Virus record (IMG/VR): IMGVR_UViG_3300022917_000017 | Location: 1 to 43,923 of that record | Source of the DNA: a virus | Taxonomy: Duplodnaviria > Caudoviricetes | Strand: one strand, 5' to 3' | DNA: 43,923 nt | Position numbers and translations under genes: made by a program | Notes under the pieces: model-generated | Databases searched by the model: none | What the model was told of the DNA's origin: nothing | The model's input: only the letters and a program-made list of their open reading frames with translations | In this document: positions 16,544 through 25,803 of the stretch, piece by piece | How the letters are laid out: the number at the start of each line of letters is the position of its first letter | Position numbering within the stretch: position 1 is the stretch's first letter

Positions 16544-17196
16544 ATGATCAGCCCTATAAGCACGCCCGCAGCTACAGCGCCTACTTTATCTAACCAGGAT
16601 TTGAAAGCTGCGCGGCGTTCTTTCTTCTCGTACGTCTGGATGATAAGTTCTTTGGAATCAGTTATGGAGTGGAGGGTGTCGTACCGAGCCTGCCAGAGGG
16701 TGTCGTTCTTTCCGAAGGCAGCCTTTAGGTATCCGTTCTCGTGGTTTAGGTTTCCAATCAGCGAATCCTTTTGCAAGAGTAACGTGTCCTGCACCCGCTT
16801 GCTTACGGCATCCGCCATGATAACCCGGGCAGATTCGATCGGAAGGCAGTACAGGGAATCCGATTGTTGCGGCGCGATGATAACCCGAACGCTGTCCAAC
16901 TGGCGCGGGGTGGCGTTCGCAAGGGTGATTTTCCGGAGTTTACCCTCTAAAGCCGAGATTCGCGTTTTAAGCGCTTTACGCGCATCCGAGGCTCTAGCCG
17001 TGTCTTGCTTCATCTTCTCGCGGAAAGTCTCGTGTAGCGCAGCCAGGCTATCCAGAGCGAACTGTTTCGAGATAACCTCCCGCTTGATCCGGTCCACCTT
17101 CTCGTCGAACTCCCGCTTCTCGCAGGATTTGATCGTGAACAGGACCGACAGAACCAGCACCGCAGCGCCTATAACAAGGAATATTTTGCTTTTCAT
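16537..17196 (-). CDS. Putative unimolecular spanin-like lysis protein
   Basis: N-terminal signal ending IKSC (possible lipobox), coiled coil, C-terminal hydrophobic helix; near the lysin. Confidence 0.65.
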   Translation of the reverse strand: MKSKIFLVIGAAVLVLSVLFTIKSCEKREFDEKVDRIKREVISKQFALDSLAALHETFREKMKQDTARASDARKALKTRISALEGKLRKITLANATPRQLDSVRVIIAPQQSDSLYCLPIESARVIMADAVSKRVQDTLLLQKDSLIGNLNHENGYLKAAFGKNDTLWQARYDTLHSITDSKELIIQTYEKKERRAAFKSWLDKVGAVAAGVLIGLIIQ

Positions 17197-17232
17197 AGCA
17201 CGAAATTAGTCAAATTTTATTTAACTTTAATC

Positions 17233-17535
17233 ATGGAAATAAAGCACACACCAGGTCCGTGGACTGTAGACAATGAAGACGGGCGTACAATATACAGCGC
17301 CATTGGCTCTGAAATAGCGGTAACTTCTCTTCGCCCAAAGGAAGTTATGGACGATGGAAGCCTTCTCAATCGAAAGGTATACAATGCAAAGCTGATAGCC
17401 GCCGCGCCGGACATGCTTGATGCTTTGATTACCGCAAAAGATGCGATCGACGACCTTATGGACATTGCTGATGGGTACGATAAAGACCTTGAAAAGGTAC
17501 TTGCAGCCATCAAAAAAGCAACTAGCGAAATTTGA
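17233..17535 (+). CDS. Conserved phage protein (HTPGPW...NAKLIAAAP family) inserted antisense in the lysis region
   Basis: Diagnostic motifs; TAACTTTA box 3 nt before ATG. Confidence 0.8.
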   Translation: MEIKHTPGPWTVDNEDGRTIYSAIGSEIAVTSLRPKEVMDDGSLLNRKVYNAKLIAAAPDMLDALITAKDAIDDLMDIADGYDKDLEKVLAAIKKATSEI

Positions 17536-17561
17536 TTGCAGGCATAGTTTTTGTAGTTTTG
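17531..17561 (+). promoter_or_regulatory. Bacteroidota promoter
   Basis: TTTG-N19-TAGTTTTG. Confidence 0.7.
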
Positions 17562-17599
17562 CGACCGTGCCGGGGAAACCGTAGCCCGGTAAGAATCAC

Positions 17600-17651
17600 A
17601 AAGCCCTCCGGCTGTCGTTCGGTTCAGCGACAGGTTATCCGGAGGGCTTTT
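17600..17651. terminator. Bidirectional intrinsic terminator / 3' hairpin of an sRNA
   Basis: AAAGCCCTCCGG...CCGGAGGGCTTT enclosing a CTGTCG/CGACAG stem, just past the lysin stop. Confidence 0.8.
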
Positions 17652-17654
17652 GAA

Positions 17655-18056
17655 TTAGACCTTTTTGCGAATCACGATCGTGAACGAATCGGGCAGTTTA
17701 TCGATAAGCATTTGAAGTGCTTCACCCGATCTGATGATGTCAGGAACGCCGTCTTTGTTCAAGTCTGCAAACTCCATACCAACGCCAATACATCCTTTTA
17801 AACCGCTCACGTAGCTGATCTTATGGATCAAAATACCCGTGCGCCCGGGCACTTCAGGAAGCCTGAAATACGGGTATGGCCGGTCTGCTTTAGGAGGCTG
17901 TTTGATTACCTTGTATGATCCTTCCGGAATGCACGATACGCTGCGTGCGTTATCCTTCCACGGTAGTTCCATGGTCTTGCATGCGAACTCCCCGTTAATG
18001 TACATGCTGCCAAGCGTCTCTGTCGGCAAGTAAACTCGTTCAATTAATACATTCAT
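17655..18056 (-). CDS. DUF5675-family putative endolysin
   Basis: TLG.MYING...C.TMELPW.DN....SCIP.G.Y, VPGR.GILIH, GCI.VG. Confidence 0.85.
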   Translation of the reverse strand: MNVLIERVYLPTETLGSMYINGEFACKTMELPWKDNARSVSCIPEGSYKVIKQPPKADRPYPYFRLPEVPGRTGILIHKISYVSGLKGCIGVGMEFADLNKDGVPDIIRSGEALQMLIDKLPDSFTIVIRKKV

Positions 18057-18472
18057 AACCCTTGTTGTCTGTTGAAATCCCTCAACACATTTCTCTTAGC
18101 TTCCAGGAAGTCGCCCAGTTTTTGGTGCAACATCTGTAGCTCCACCATGGCGATGCCGCGCAGATTCGAAATAGCTTCCATTGTATTCCAGTCCTGCTTC
18201 GTGTAAAGCTGTTCCAAGATTATCAAAGAATTCTCGACTGCCCATAAAATAAGATACGTCAGCCCATGAGCGCTTGACCCTTCCTTTATCGGCCCCTCGT
18301 GGTTCATCCTGTGAATCATGTCGGCGAACTCCGCTTGGTGCGCCTGCTTCAGATATTCTATCTCCGCCATCTTCTTGCGGATGACTCTCCGGTACGCTAA
18401 TACGAACCCCGGCAACCATAGACAGGAAGCCAAAACAAATCCGATCAATAACCCGAGATACAAGTTGCTCAC
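18053..18472 (-). CDS. Membrane-anchored protein of the lysis cassette (holin/antiholin candidate)
   Basis: N-terminal TM helix followed by a basic stretch and coiled coil. Confidence 0.55.
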   Translation of the reverse strand: MSNLYLGLLIGFVLASCLWLPGFVLAYRRVIRKKMAEIEYLKQAHQAEFADMIHRMNHEGPIKEGSSAHGLTYLILWAVENSLIILEQLYTKQDWNTMEAISNLRGIAMVELQMLHQKLGDFLEAKRNVLRDFNRQQGL

Positions 18473-18858
18473 GTCGCTCCCCCATATAGCCGTTGATTGT
18501 TGCCTTTCATAGCTGATAAAATAAGCGTACCGTATACCACCAGCTTAATGGTGTCGATGTTAAAGCCTGATACGATTATATCCTGATTGTATCGGACAAC
18601 ATAGTCAATCAGCGTTACGATTTCCAGGGCAAAAAATACCCACATGATTCGCCTATGTTCCGGCAGAGCCAGTAGAAGCGCAAAGATTAAGATCGCCCGG
18701 CTTACGTGTTCCTGCGCGTAATACACGTAGGACTCCAAGCTGATTAGCTGATCCGCAAACAAAAAGTAATCCCTCTCCGGACCATCTGGGAATAGCCCAT
18801 AGACTACCATCACAATGGTGGAGAGGAATAGGCAAAATAAGATGTACTTATCCCGCAT
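18469..18858 (-). CDS. Four-TM membrane protein
   Basis: Four hydrophobic helices; likely start ATG 18858 (TGATG coupling). Confidence 0.7.
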   Translation of the reverse strand: MRDKYILFCLFLSTIVMVVYGLFPDGPERDYFLFADQLISLESYVYYAQEHVSRAILIFALLLALPEHRRIMWVFFALEIVTLIDYVVRYNQDIIVSGFNIDTIKLVVYGTLILSAMKGNNQRLYGGAT

Positions 18859-18941
18859 CACTTTGACTTTTTGCCTCCTGGTGGTTTCGGTGGAGGGTTG
18901 GTCGGCTTTTCCTCGGCTGATTTACTTTTTGTTTTCGACAT
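18858..18941 (-). CDS. 27-aa Pro/Lys-rich micropeptide (not in ORF track)
   Basis: MSKTKSKSAEEKPTNPPPKPPGGKKSK; stop coupled to the 4-TM gene start. Confidence 0.6.
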   Translation of the reverse strand: MSKTKSKSAEEKPTNPPPKPPGGKKSK

Positions 18942-19350
18942 GGTTCAAATCGTTTAAAGTTTTCTGTCCTGTAAATATAGATGTTGCGAGCAATGCCGCA
19001 ATGAATCCCGCTAAAACTCCCATTAAGCCACCCTGGTTTTCTTGGAAAATACACCACCATATCCCCACAATGACGAACCCGCGACCGGCCCAAAGCACTA
19101 ATAGGATTAGTACAATCGTAACCGCGTCCTTTAGGTTTGGCTTGTCGTCGCTGTCCTCAGCCAGTCTTCGGAACCAATGAGCTACCCCGGGGAATTTAAG
19201 GCACAAGATCAAAACAGCCGGCTCAAGACAGTGTAGATTAAACACCGTCCAGCACATGACAATGATCTTCCAAGGCTCCTTTTCAGCCCAGTAGCTTGAA
19301 GGTAACTTGTCGATTACCTGCTTTACGACGTCTAAAGAATCAGATTCCAA
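18922..19350 (-). CDS. Holin candidate (2-3 TM)
   Basis: Likely TTG start at 19350; hydrophobic helices and a charged C-terminus. Confidence 0.55.
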   Translation of the reverse strand: MESDSLDVVKQVIDKLPSSYWAEKEPWKIIVMCWTVFNLHCLEPAVLILCLKFPGVAHWFRRLAEDSDDKPNLKDAVTIVLILLVLWAGRGFVIVGIWWCIFQENQGGLMGVLAGFIAALLATSIFTGQKTLNDLNHVENKK

Positions 19351-19762
19351 AGATGCCTTTCGCGTTAAGCTGTAGAACAAAGTCGGCGTCTGTCCGTGAC
19401 TGTGGAGCCCCTGTGTCGACGATGGCAATTATCGGCGATGTTGCAGGCGTTCCGGTGTCTTTATATATCACAAACGTCTGCGCTGTCATCGTACCGGTGA
19501 TCGTCCATGACGGGTTCGCGAAGTCGAAGTACACCCGGTTGTCGGTGTTGTCACGAGTAATCACTTTGCTCGTGAGCGTCTGCCCACCGGCAGTGTACCC
19601 CGTCGCGGTGATTTGGTTCGAAGACACCGAGTTGATAAAGTCCTGTGTTGCAACATTCACAGTGAACTGATTGCATGCCATGATCTTAATGGTATCTGCA
19701 ATGGGATCTATGTCTCCATTGAGAGTAAGATCTTTGTATTTATTTGTTAAATAGCTAGGCAT
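19340..19762 (-). CDS. Conserved ~140-aa virion fibre/appendage structural subunit
   Basis: D...DTIK, TGYTAGG.TL, FD.A...W, VIYKDTG..ATSP.I..VD.G, F.LQ....GIF. Confidence 0.75.
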   Translation of the reverse strand: MPSYLTNKYKDLTLNGDIDPIADTIKIMACNQFTVNVATQDFINSVSSNQITATGYTAGGQTLTSKVITRDNTDNRVYFDFANPSWTITGTMTAQTFVIYKDTGTPATSPIIAIVDTGAPQSRTDADFVLQLNAKGIFGI

Positions 19763-19766
19763 AAAA

Positions 19767-22700
19767 TTATGGTTTTTCGATTAAAATAAGTCCTGTGATA
19801 CACGCGTCGCGGGTTTGTGATGCCCGTGCCGCGATGGTAATTTCTCCCGCTGTAGGCGTAACGGAGTCGAATATGATTCCTTGGAACACGCTGTATTGCG
19901 CGTACATGGTCTGAGTCGAGGCCCCGATAGTTACCGATGCTTCCGCCCGGCTGGCGAAGTCGTCGCCGTTGTCCATCCCTACGTACACCACAACCTTGTA
20001 GGATTTGGCGTTGTTCAGGCCTGTGAACTTCATCGATCCGTTAGTGATCGATGTCAGCATACGTGCGCCGTCGCGGTTGAAGTTAACACCCAACCCGAAG
20101 TAGTTCGCCGCCATCCGTACGCTGTGCTCGGTCTGCGGGAGGAACGTGCTAAACCGGTTTATGATTGTCAATCCTACTGTTGACGAGGCTCCGTCATATT
20201 CAACCAGGTTGTTAATCGACTGACCGTTGTTTATGTTGGTCAGATTGTTGATCGGTGATGAGCTGGGATAAGTGGAAGATCCGAGGTCGACAATGAACAT
20301 ACGCGCGTACAGCGATGCCTTCAGCGCGGCCAGTTGACCTAGCAATCCGGTCTTGAATGACGACGACGGCAGCGCGTTGACCACTGGCAGCGCCTGGATG
20401 TAGTCCTCAATTAGCTGAGTTCTTTCCGCGTATTGCACGAATCCGAATGCCTCTTTCTGAGTGTCTTTGCTGAATTTCAGCATCCACCAGTTGTAATTGT
20501 ATTTGGCCTTCGTTCCGGATACAGGGCTGTTTTTGCGTCGGTATGCGTTGTCATGCCACACTGCCGAACTGTGACCTACCCCCCAGATGATCATCATGAT
20601 CGGCGGGTACTTCGGGGCAGGGCTAAGTGAATTCATCGCAAACGCCATCTGCGGAGTATTGGCGCGGTCCTGTGTTGTATCGGTGGACCCGTGCAAAGAG
20701 AACACCGGCAGATTACGGATTGACGCGTAGCTGTAGCCGATAGGCTGACTACCAGCTACAGCGAATACTGCCGTCACCCTGGTAGGTGCCGCGGCTGCCA
20801 TCAGCCAAGAACCGGCAGAACCGAGGGAAAGACCGGTCACGTAAACTCGCGTAATGTCTACCCGATAGTTTGCGATCATGTAGTCCAGCGCGTGCAATGG
20901 CCGCATCTGGCCGTTGATCGTGATGCCCCATGAGGTTAAACCTGACGGAGCTCCGGGTGCTATCACCAGCATTTCATTGTCCAGGGTGTCGCCTGAATTG
21001 ATCATCAGCGGTGCTCCTTCTCCTAATACGGTATTGATAGTTCTACCCGCTCCGTGCAGGTAGATCATCAACGGATAAGTGTTAGAGTTGCTGTTATAAC
21101 CCGCAGGCTGGTAGATCATAGCCCGCTCCGTGGTGCCGGTTATGTACACCTGGTTTGTGGACAGAACTGCTGCACTACCCCCCGCCTCAGCGACTACCGG
21201 CTGGAAGAATACAGGATCAAAGGTTGTAAGCCCGAATATGATGTTGTTCTGCAGAACCTGAGGATCGAAGAATACCGCGTCGAATGTGGTCACTGGCAGG
21301 ATAACCGGAACGTTTGCGTCGGCATCCTTTACCTCCACCCGCATTGCGGTGAGGTAAGTGTACCCAACGGACGGACCCGATACGTAGGTAATCGTCATTG
21401 CGATATCACCTTCGCTGTCTGGCTCTACGTTCAGGAACTCAAGAATGCTTGTCTTGTTGTTCGAGACGTTTACCTCTTGCGTAATGCTTCCGATCGTGAT
21501 CGACTGTATATTATCCGTATCCCGTCGTGATGCCAAGATCCGGAAGTCCAGTCGCTTAGTTTCTTTGATGTTGGTCAGGATTACCTGCGGTGGAGGATTC
21601 CCGGACCGGTAGATACCGTATCTTATGACTGCTGTCGGGAACTCGGTAGTACCCGCGTAGTTCGTGTCGTTGTCGGTTCTGTTGTTGTCGATTCCAACGA
21701 ACCGGATGCCGATGCCAGTATTAACAAGCGCCGACGTGATCATGTTCCCGAAGGTCTGTGTCGTGCTGGCGTTTACGTCGTTCCAATCATCCAGGCCTGA
21801 ATCTACCGCGCCGGTGAGGTTGATCTGAATCACCCCGTTTGTCGTGCCTGATCTGTATGACACAGGCTCAAACAGAACCGGGCTGAACGTGGCCATGTCG
21901 ATAGGGATAGCATTGTTCAGGTTAAGCTTATAGATCTTAACCGTGTTCATGAACCCGATCACCGCTGCCGGCAGGGCTTTAATCTTGACCCGCAGCGTGC
22001 CATCGCCAGCCGGGCGCATAGAATACAGGTCCGCCGTCTTGCTATCGTTAGAAGACAACACAGGGTCATTTGCAGGAACGTAGGCACTTCTCTCACCGGA
22101 AACAAATCCGGTGTACCAATATGGTCCGATGTTCTGGAATGACGACAGGAACTTGAAAGTGTACAAGTAGGCCGGGTCGAGTCCAAAGAACTCGATTTCA
22201 GCCTTTGTCGTTGCGTCCAGTCTCCAGCTCGTTCGGATCACGTCAAGCGGGTAGTCCTCGCTTGCGCGTCCCCCGGATGATCGAACACCTGCGAAAGAGC
22301 CAATAATACGAACGCCTATACCGGTGTCTGCATCCAGCACGTCTTTCATGCCAGTGAATTCCTCCCCGGCGTCAGGCTGATCTCCTGAAGGAAGCAGAGT
22401 ATTCCACCCCACCACCGGCCCTGGCCTGGTGCTATTGCCGAAGTTGATAAATACTCGCTGCACCACATCACCGGCAAAAAGATCCTGATCGAGGCTTACC
22501 ACGTTCGAGTACGCGGTGTATGTAGTGTCGGAGCGCTGGGCACGCACACGATAGTAATATGTTGTATCATCTTCCCGGAAGAACGAAACGTCGTTTTGGG
22601 TGACGTTATCCTTCCAAAGGTCGAATCCTGTTGTAGCGTTTGTGCTCCTGAATATCTGGTATTTCAGGTAGCTTTTGTTGATGAATACGGCCTGCAGCGC

Positions 22701-25190
22701 GGCAATGATCGTATCCCGCAGGACAATGTGCCCGGCGTTGTTTACGTGGATTGTGTCCGCGTTGTATATGTCCTTTATGCGTGCCGGGAACTGAACCGTG
22801 TAAGGGTCTGCCAAAGGTGTAAACACGTCGATTGCATACTGCTTGAACTCGGCCTTTATCAACAGCATGGCGTCATAAAGCTTCTGCTGTAGATCCTGTC
22901 CGTACTCCGTGCGGGGCTGTGTCGTCGTTATGAAACAGTACACGTTCCGCTCCCGGGCCTCGTTGAATATGGTCTTGAGGTTGTTTAAGAATACATCGTT
23001 GGTGTTAAACGAAGGATCATTCGACGGCAGGGAAACTATCAGTATGTCCGGATCTAGCGCCATGGCTGCTTCGATGTTTCGGTTCCAATCGCTTTGAGCA
23101 GTGGTCCCGTCAGGCACGTACATGTTAGAATACGTTCCGCTTACCGCTTGGGCAAGGAATACGCCGTCAGCGCTGTATGAGTCAACCCACGCAGCAAGCA
23201 GGCTCGGAAGCCCGTTAGACGCGGGAGAAGCGCCAGCCCCTGTCATTGTCGAAGACCCTAACCCAACGATGCGCGGCGCGTTCGTTAGTAGGTTAGTAGG
23301 ATAATCGATGTTGAAACGCACAGTATTGTTCAGCCCGTCAGAAACCGCAATGTGGATTTCAACCGGGTCGAACACGGTGATGTCAAAGAACACCGGATCG
23401 AATACGGTAAGGTCAAGCTGTATGGACTGAGTACCGGCAGGTTCGTTGTCGAGCAACCCTATTCCCAGGAAGTTGTAAACGTCCTCAGCCTTTAATCGGT
23501 AGTCATCCGGCGGACGCGTCGTAGTGCTGCTGTTGAACAACTGCAGTTCCCAGAACGCGTCGCTTGTACCGGCGGGTGGTTCATGCCCGAAATTGTTGTC
23601 TATTTTAGAACGGTAGATTGCAGACTTGTGCTGAGTCCAATCCCCGAAGTTGTATACATTGTTTTGTCCTTTGTTCGTCCCTGATGCAGGGAACCCGGCT
23701 TCTTCTCCGATCTTTGAAGACCACTGAGAAAGGTTTAGGTATGCGTAAGTAGGCTCGAATCCATGGTTTACGAATGCCGGCCACACCGGGCTGCTCACCG
23801 CTGTGTTCGCGTCAATTCCGGTTCCTATGGTCACGTTAGGCGTCAACCCATCCACGAACGTCATACCAGTCGGGTACTTGTTACGCTTGAATGAGATAGG
23901 AACGTCTACGCAATCGTTGTCAACTACCCGTGTGACCGGGCCAACCTTCGCCGGATAAACTGAGCTGTACTTTATGTTGGCCGGTAAAAGGCTGTCCATG
24001 AAGTATCCGAACCAGTTGTCCAGGAAGTCGTATCCTGTAATTCCGTCGTTGATCGAGAATATGTAAACACCCTCATACCTGGTTCCGAAGAACAGGTTGT
24101 TTTGGACAATGATGTTGTTGCCTGGAATCGGATTGTCCGGCGGCGTGTTAATGCCGTTTGCATTTGACAGGACAAAGAAGTATTCGCTGCAACCGATAAC
24201 TAAATTATTCTGAAAATATACAGGTCCGTTTCTAGTGGCTTCCTGTATTGCTCGATCCTGGAAAGGCTGAAAAGGCGATTTCCAGCGCATGGCGCAGTTT
24301 ACGAACACGTTGTTGTGCACGTCACAACCTTCTGCGTAGTTCCCTATCTGAAGTCCTTCGTTTGCAACGCGTACATATCGGTTGTTATAAACCTTGCAAT
24401 CGACCATCCGGTGAGACCCGTTGTTCGTGTTCTGGCCGTAGTACCCGCCTTCTCCTCCCATGTCGTGGAAGTAGCAATCGTGTACCTTGTAGGTCATCGC
24501 CTCGTTTTCCAACGCTGGCGGGCTGTCCCATTTAAGAGATACCCCGAACCCACCGTCGCACACCTCGATGTAATCTAGCTCGAAGTGGTTAGCCATACCT
24601 ACTGCAGTAGTACCTCCTATCGCCAAATTGAACTGCTCCTGAGTAGTCCAGTTCATCGAGCAGCGAATACCGTACTTGCCAGCGCTGTTGCCGTATCCTG
24701 TATCGTGGCCACGGAAATTAGGGTCACCTGTCTTTAACACAGGGTCGTACTTTCCTGTTAGCCGGAAGTATTCCGACCCGGCCATGCCCCAGGTATTCTC
24801 GAAACCGATGGCAGTTTTGAAGCCGCCGCAGTTTATCTGGCCGTCGTAGTTGGTTATAATGACGCGCTCAGTGTCAGAATTACCGTTCCAATATTGCGTC
24901 TCAAGCTTTACGTACCCGTAGTTACCGCCCTTAATGATGACCTTGTTGGGCCAGCTCACCGGAACGTTATGGTTCCCAAAAACGGGGTTCATGTCAATGG
25001 CAACGAACAATCCACCCGGTCTCTGGATTATTACGTTAGGACCGTCTATGATGTAGTCACCTATGTTAGCATTCCATATCTCCGCCGCGTCAATGGCATC
25101 CGCATACCTCCATCCACTGTTAGTTCTAACAGGATCAGGTACTACGTATGATGCTCTCGAAGAGAGACCCGGCAGGAGTGATGTTACCAT
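19767..25190 (-). CDS. 1807-aa multidomain virion appendage: beta-helix, CBM5/12-like, SGNH esterase, Fn3, three beta-sandwich repeats, alpha/beta hydrolase
   Basis: Parallel beta-helix repeats; YNFGD...YRSK.DNN.G..P...W; GSSTMTG...ND...DTIH; YYYRVRA...YSN; YLHGAG, TGLSLG, HGSTD, GVGH. Confidence 0.8.
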   Translation of the reverse strand: MVTSLLPGLSSRASYVVPDPVRTNSGWRYADAIDAAEIWNANIGDYIIDGPNVIIQRPGGLFVAIDMNPVFGNHNVPVSWPNKVIIKGGNYGYVKLETQYWNGNSDTERVIITNYDGQINCGGFKTAIGFENTWGMAGSEYFRLTGKYDPVLKTGDPNFRGHDTGYGNSAGKYGIRCSMNWTTQEQFNLAIGGTTAVGMANHFELDYIEVCDGGFGVSLKWDSPPALENEAMTYKVHDCYFHDMGGEGGYYGQNTNNGSHRMVDCKVYNNRYVRVANEGLQIGNYAEGCDVHNNVFVNCAMRWKSPFQPFQDRAIQEATRNGPVYFQNNLVIGCSEYFFVLSNANGINTPPDNPIPGNNIIVQNNLFFGTRYEGVYIFSINDGITGYDFLDNWFGYFMDSLLPANIKYSSVYPAKVGPVTRVVDNDCVDVPISFKRNKYPTGMTFVDGLTPNVTIGTGIDANTAVSSPVWPAFVNHGFEPTYAYLNLSQWSSKIGEEAGFPASGTNKGQNNVYNFGDWTQHKSAIYRSKIDNNFGHEPPAGTSDAFWELQLFNSSTTTRPPDDYRLKAEDVYNFLGIGLLDNEPAGTQSIQLDLTVFDPVFFDITVFDPVEIHIAVSDGLNNTVRFNIDYPTNLLTNAPRIVGLGSSTMTGAGASPASNGLPSLLAAWVDSYSADGVFLAQAVSGTYSNMYVPDGTTAQSDWNRNIEAAMALDPDILIVSLPSNDPSFNTNDVFLNNLKTIFNEARERNVYCFITTTQPRTEYGQDLQQKLYDAMLLIKAEFKQYAIDVFTPLADPYTVQFPARIKDIYNADTIHVNNAGHIVLRDTIIAALQAVFINKSYLKYQIFRSTNATTGFDLWKDNVTQNDVSFFREDDTTYYYRVRAQRSDTTYTAYSNVVSLDQDLFAGDVVQRVFINFGNSTRPGPVVGWNTLLPSGDQPDAGEEFTGMKDVLDADTGIGVRIIGSFAGVRSSGGRASEDYPLDVIRTSWRLDATTKAEIEFFGLDPAYLYTFKFLSSFQNIGPYWYTGFVSGERSAYVPANDPVLSSNDSKTADLYSMRPAGDGTLRVKIKALPAAVIGFMNTVKIYKLNLNNAIPIDMATFSPVLFEPVSYRSGTTNGVIQINLTGAVDSGLDDWNDVNASTTQTFGNMITSALVNTGIGIRFVGIDNNRTDNDTNYAGTTEFPTAVIRYGIYRSGNPPPQVILTNIKETKRLDFRILASRRDTDNIQSITIGSITQEVNVSNNKTSILEFLNVEPDSEGDIAMTITYVSGPSVGYTYLTAMRVEVKDADANVPVILPVTTFDAVFFDPQVLQNNIIFGLTTFDPVFFQPVVAEAGGSAAVLSTNQVYITGTTERAMIYQPAGYNSNSNTYPLMIYLHGAGRTINTVLGEGAPLMINSGDTLDNEMLVIAPGAPSGLTSWGITINGQMRPLHALDYMIANYRVDITRVYVTGLSLGSAGSWLMAAAAPTRVTAVFAVAGSQPIGYSYASIRNLPVFSLHGSTDTTQDRANTPQMAFAMNSLSPAPKYPPIMMIIWGVGHSSAVWHDNAYRRKNSPVSGTKAKYNYNWWMLKFSKDTQKEAFGFVQYAERTQLIEDYIQALPVVNALPSSSFKTGLLGQLAALKASLYARMFIVDLGSSTYPSSSPINNLTNINNGQSINNLVEYDGASSTVGLTIINRFSTFLPQTEHSVRMAANYFGLGVNFNRDGARMLTSITNGSMKFTGLNNAKSYKVVVYVGMDNGDDFASRAEASVTIGASTQTMYAQYSVFQGIIFDSVTPTAGEITIAARASQTRDACITGLILIEKP

Positions 25191-25191
25191 T

Positions 25192-25803
25192 CTATTCTTC
25201 CTCTAAAACTAGAGCGTTCATGTATGCAAGTGAATTGTCGTCTTTGTCAAGACGTATATCGATCACGCCTGATGTTGGCGCGACTCCTGTTCTATTGACT
25301 GTGTTTGAAGTGTTACCGATGCACTGAAGCGCCGTTAAAGCGACTCCTGCGACTGTGAATATTGACCGGCGAGAACCACCTACGGCTGAATCACGAGAAC
25401 CTAACAGCGTTACTTTATAAGTCTTCGCGTCGTTTAGGCCGTAAATCTGTAATCGGCCCTGGCCGGCGTTTACATACCAGAAAGATGTTAAAACAAGATC
25501 TGGATATATGCCCGAGTTGTTGCCTGTTGACTGCCCCGTATTTAATGCGGCACGCGCCCAGCTTGTAGTATCGTTACCAGTGTTTATTGACCGTACGCTT
25601 ATTCCTGTACCGGCAATGTTGCACCACTGACTCCACAGGTTGTTGCCAGTGTTTGTTCTGCTGCAATCAATAGTTCCTGCCGCGTTGTCAGGGTTGCTTT
25701 CACCCCATATGTTATTCCACCCATCCACAGACGGAGCTGCCCCATTCATCCCAAAATTGAGACGAAGCAACAGCTTACCGAACATGTACGAGTTTATGAT
25801 CAT
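25192..25803 (-). CDS. Putative receptor-binding tip protein
   Basis: MIINSYMFG N-terminus followed by one NFG...GWNN beta-sandwich like those in the 1807-aa protein. Confidence 0.6.
   Translation of the reverse strand: MIINSYMFGKLLLRLNFGMNGAAPSVDGWNNIWGESNPDNAAGTIDCSRTNTGNNLWSQWCNIAGTGISVRSINTGNDTTSWARAALNTGQSTGNNSGIYPDLVLTSFWYVNAGQGRLQIYGLNDAKTYKVTLLGSRDSAVGGSRRSIFTVAGVALTALQCIGNTSNTVNRTGVAPTSGVIDIRLDKDDNSLAYMNALVLEEE

Noticed and set aside
16544-17209. 221-aa plus-strand ORF
   Set aside because: Antisense shadow of the spanin-like gene; no protein-like features.
19881-25151. Many short alternative-frame ORFs within the 1807-aa gene
   Set aside because: Shadow ORFs with no motifs or expression signals.
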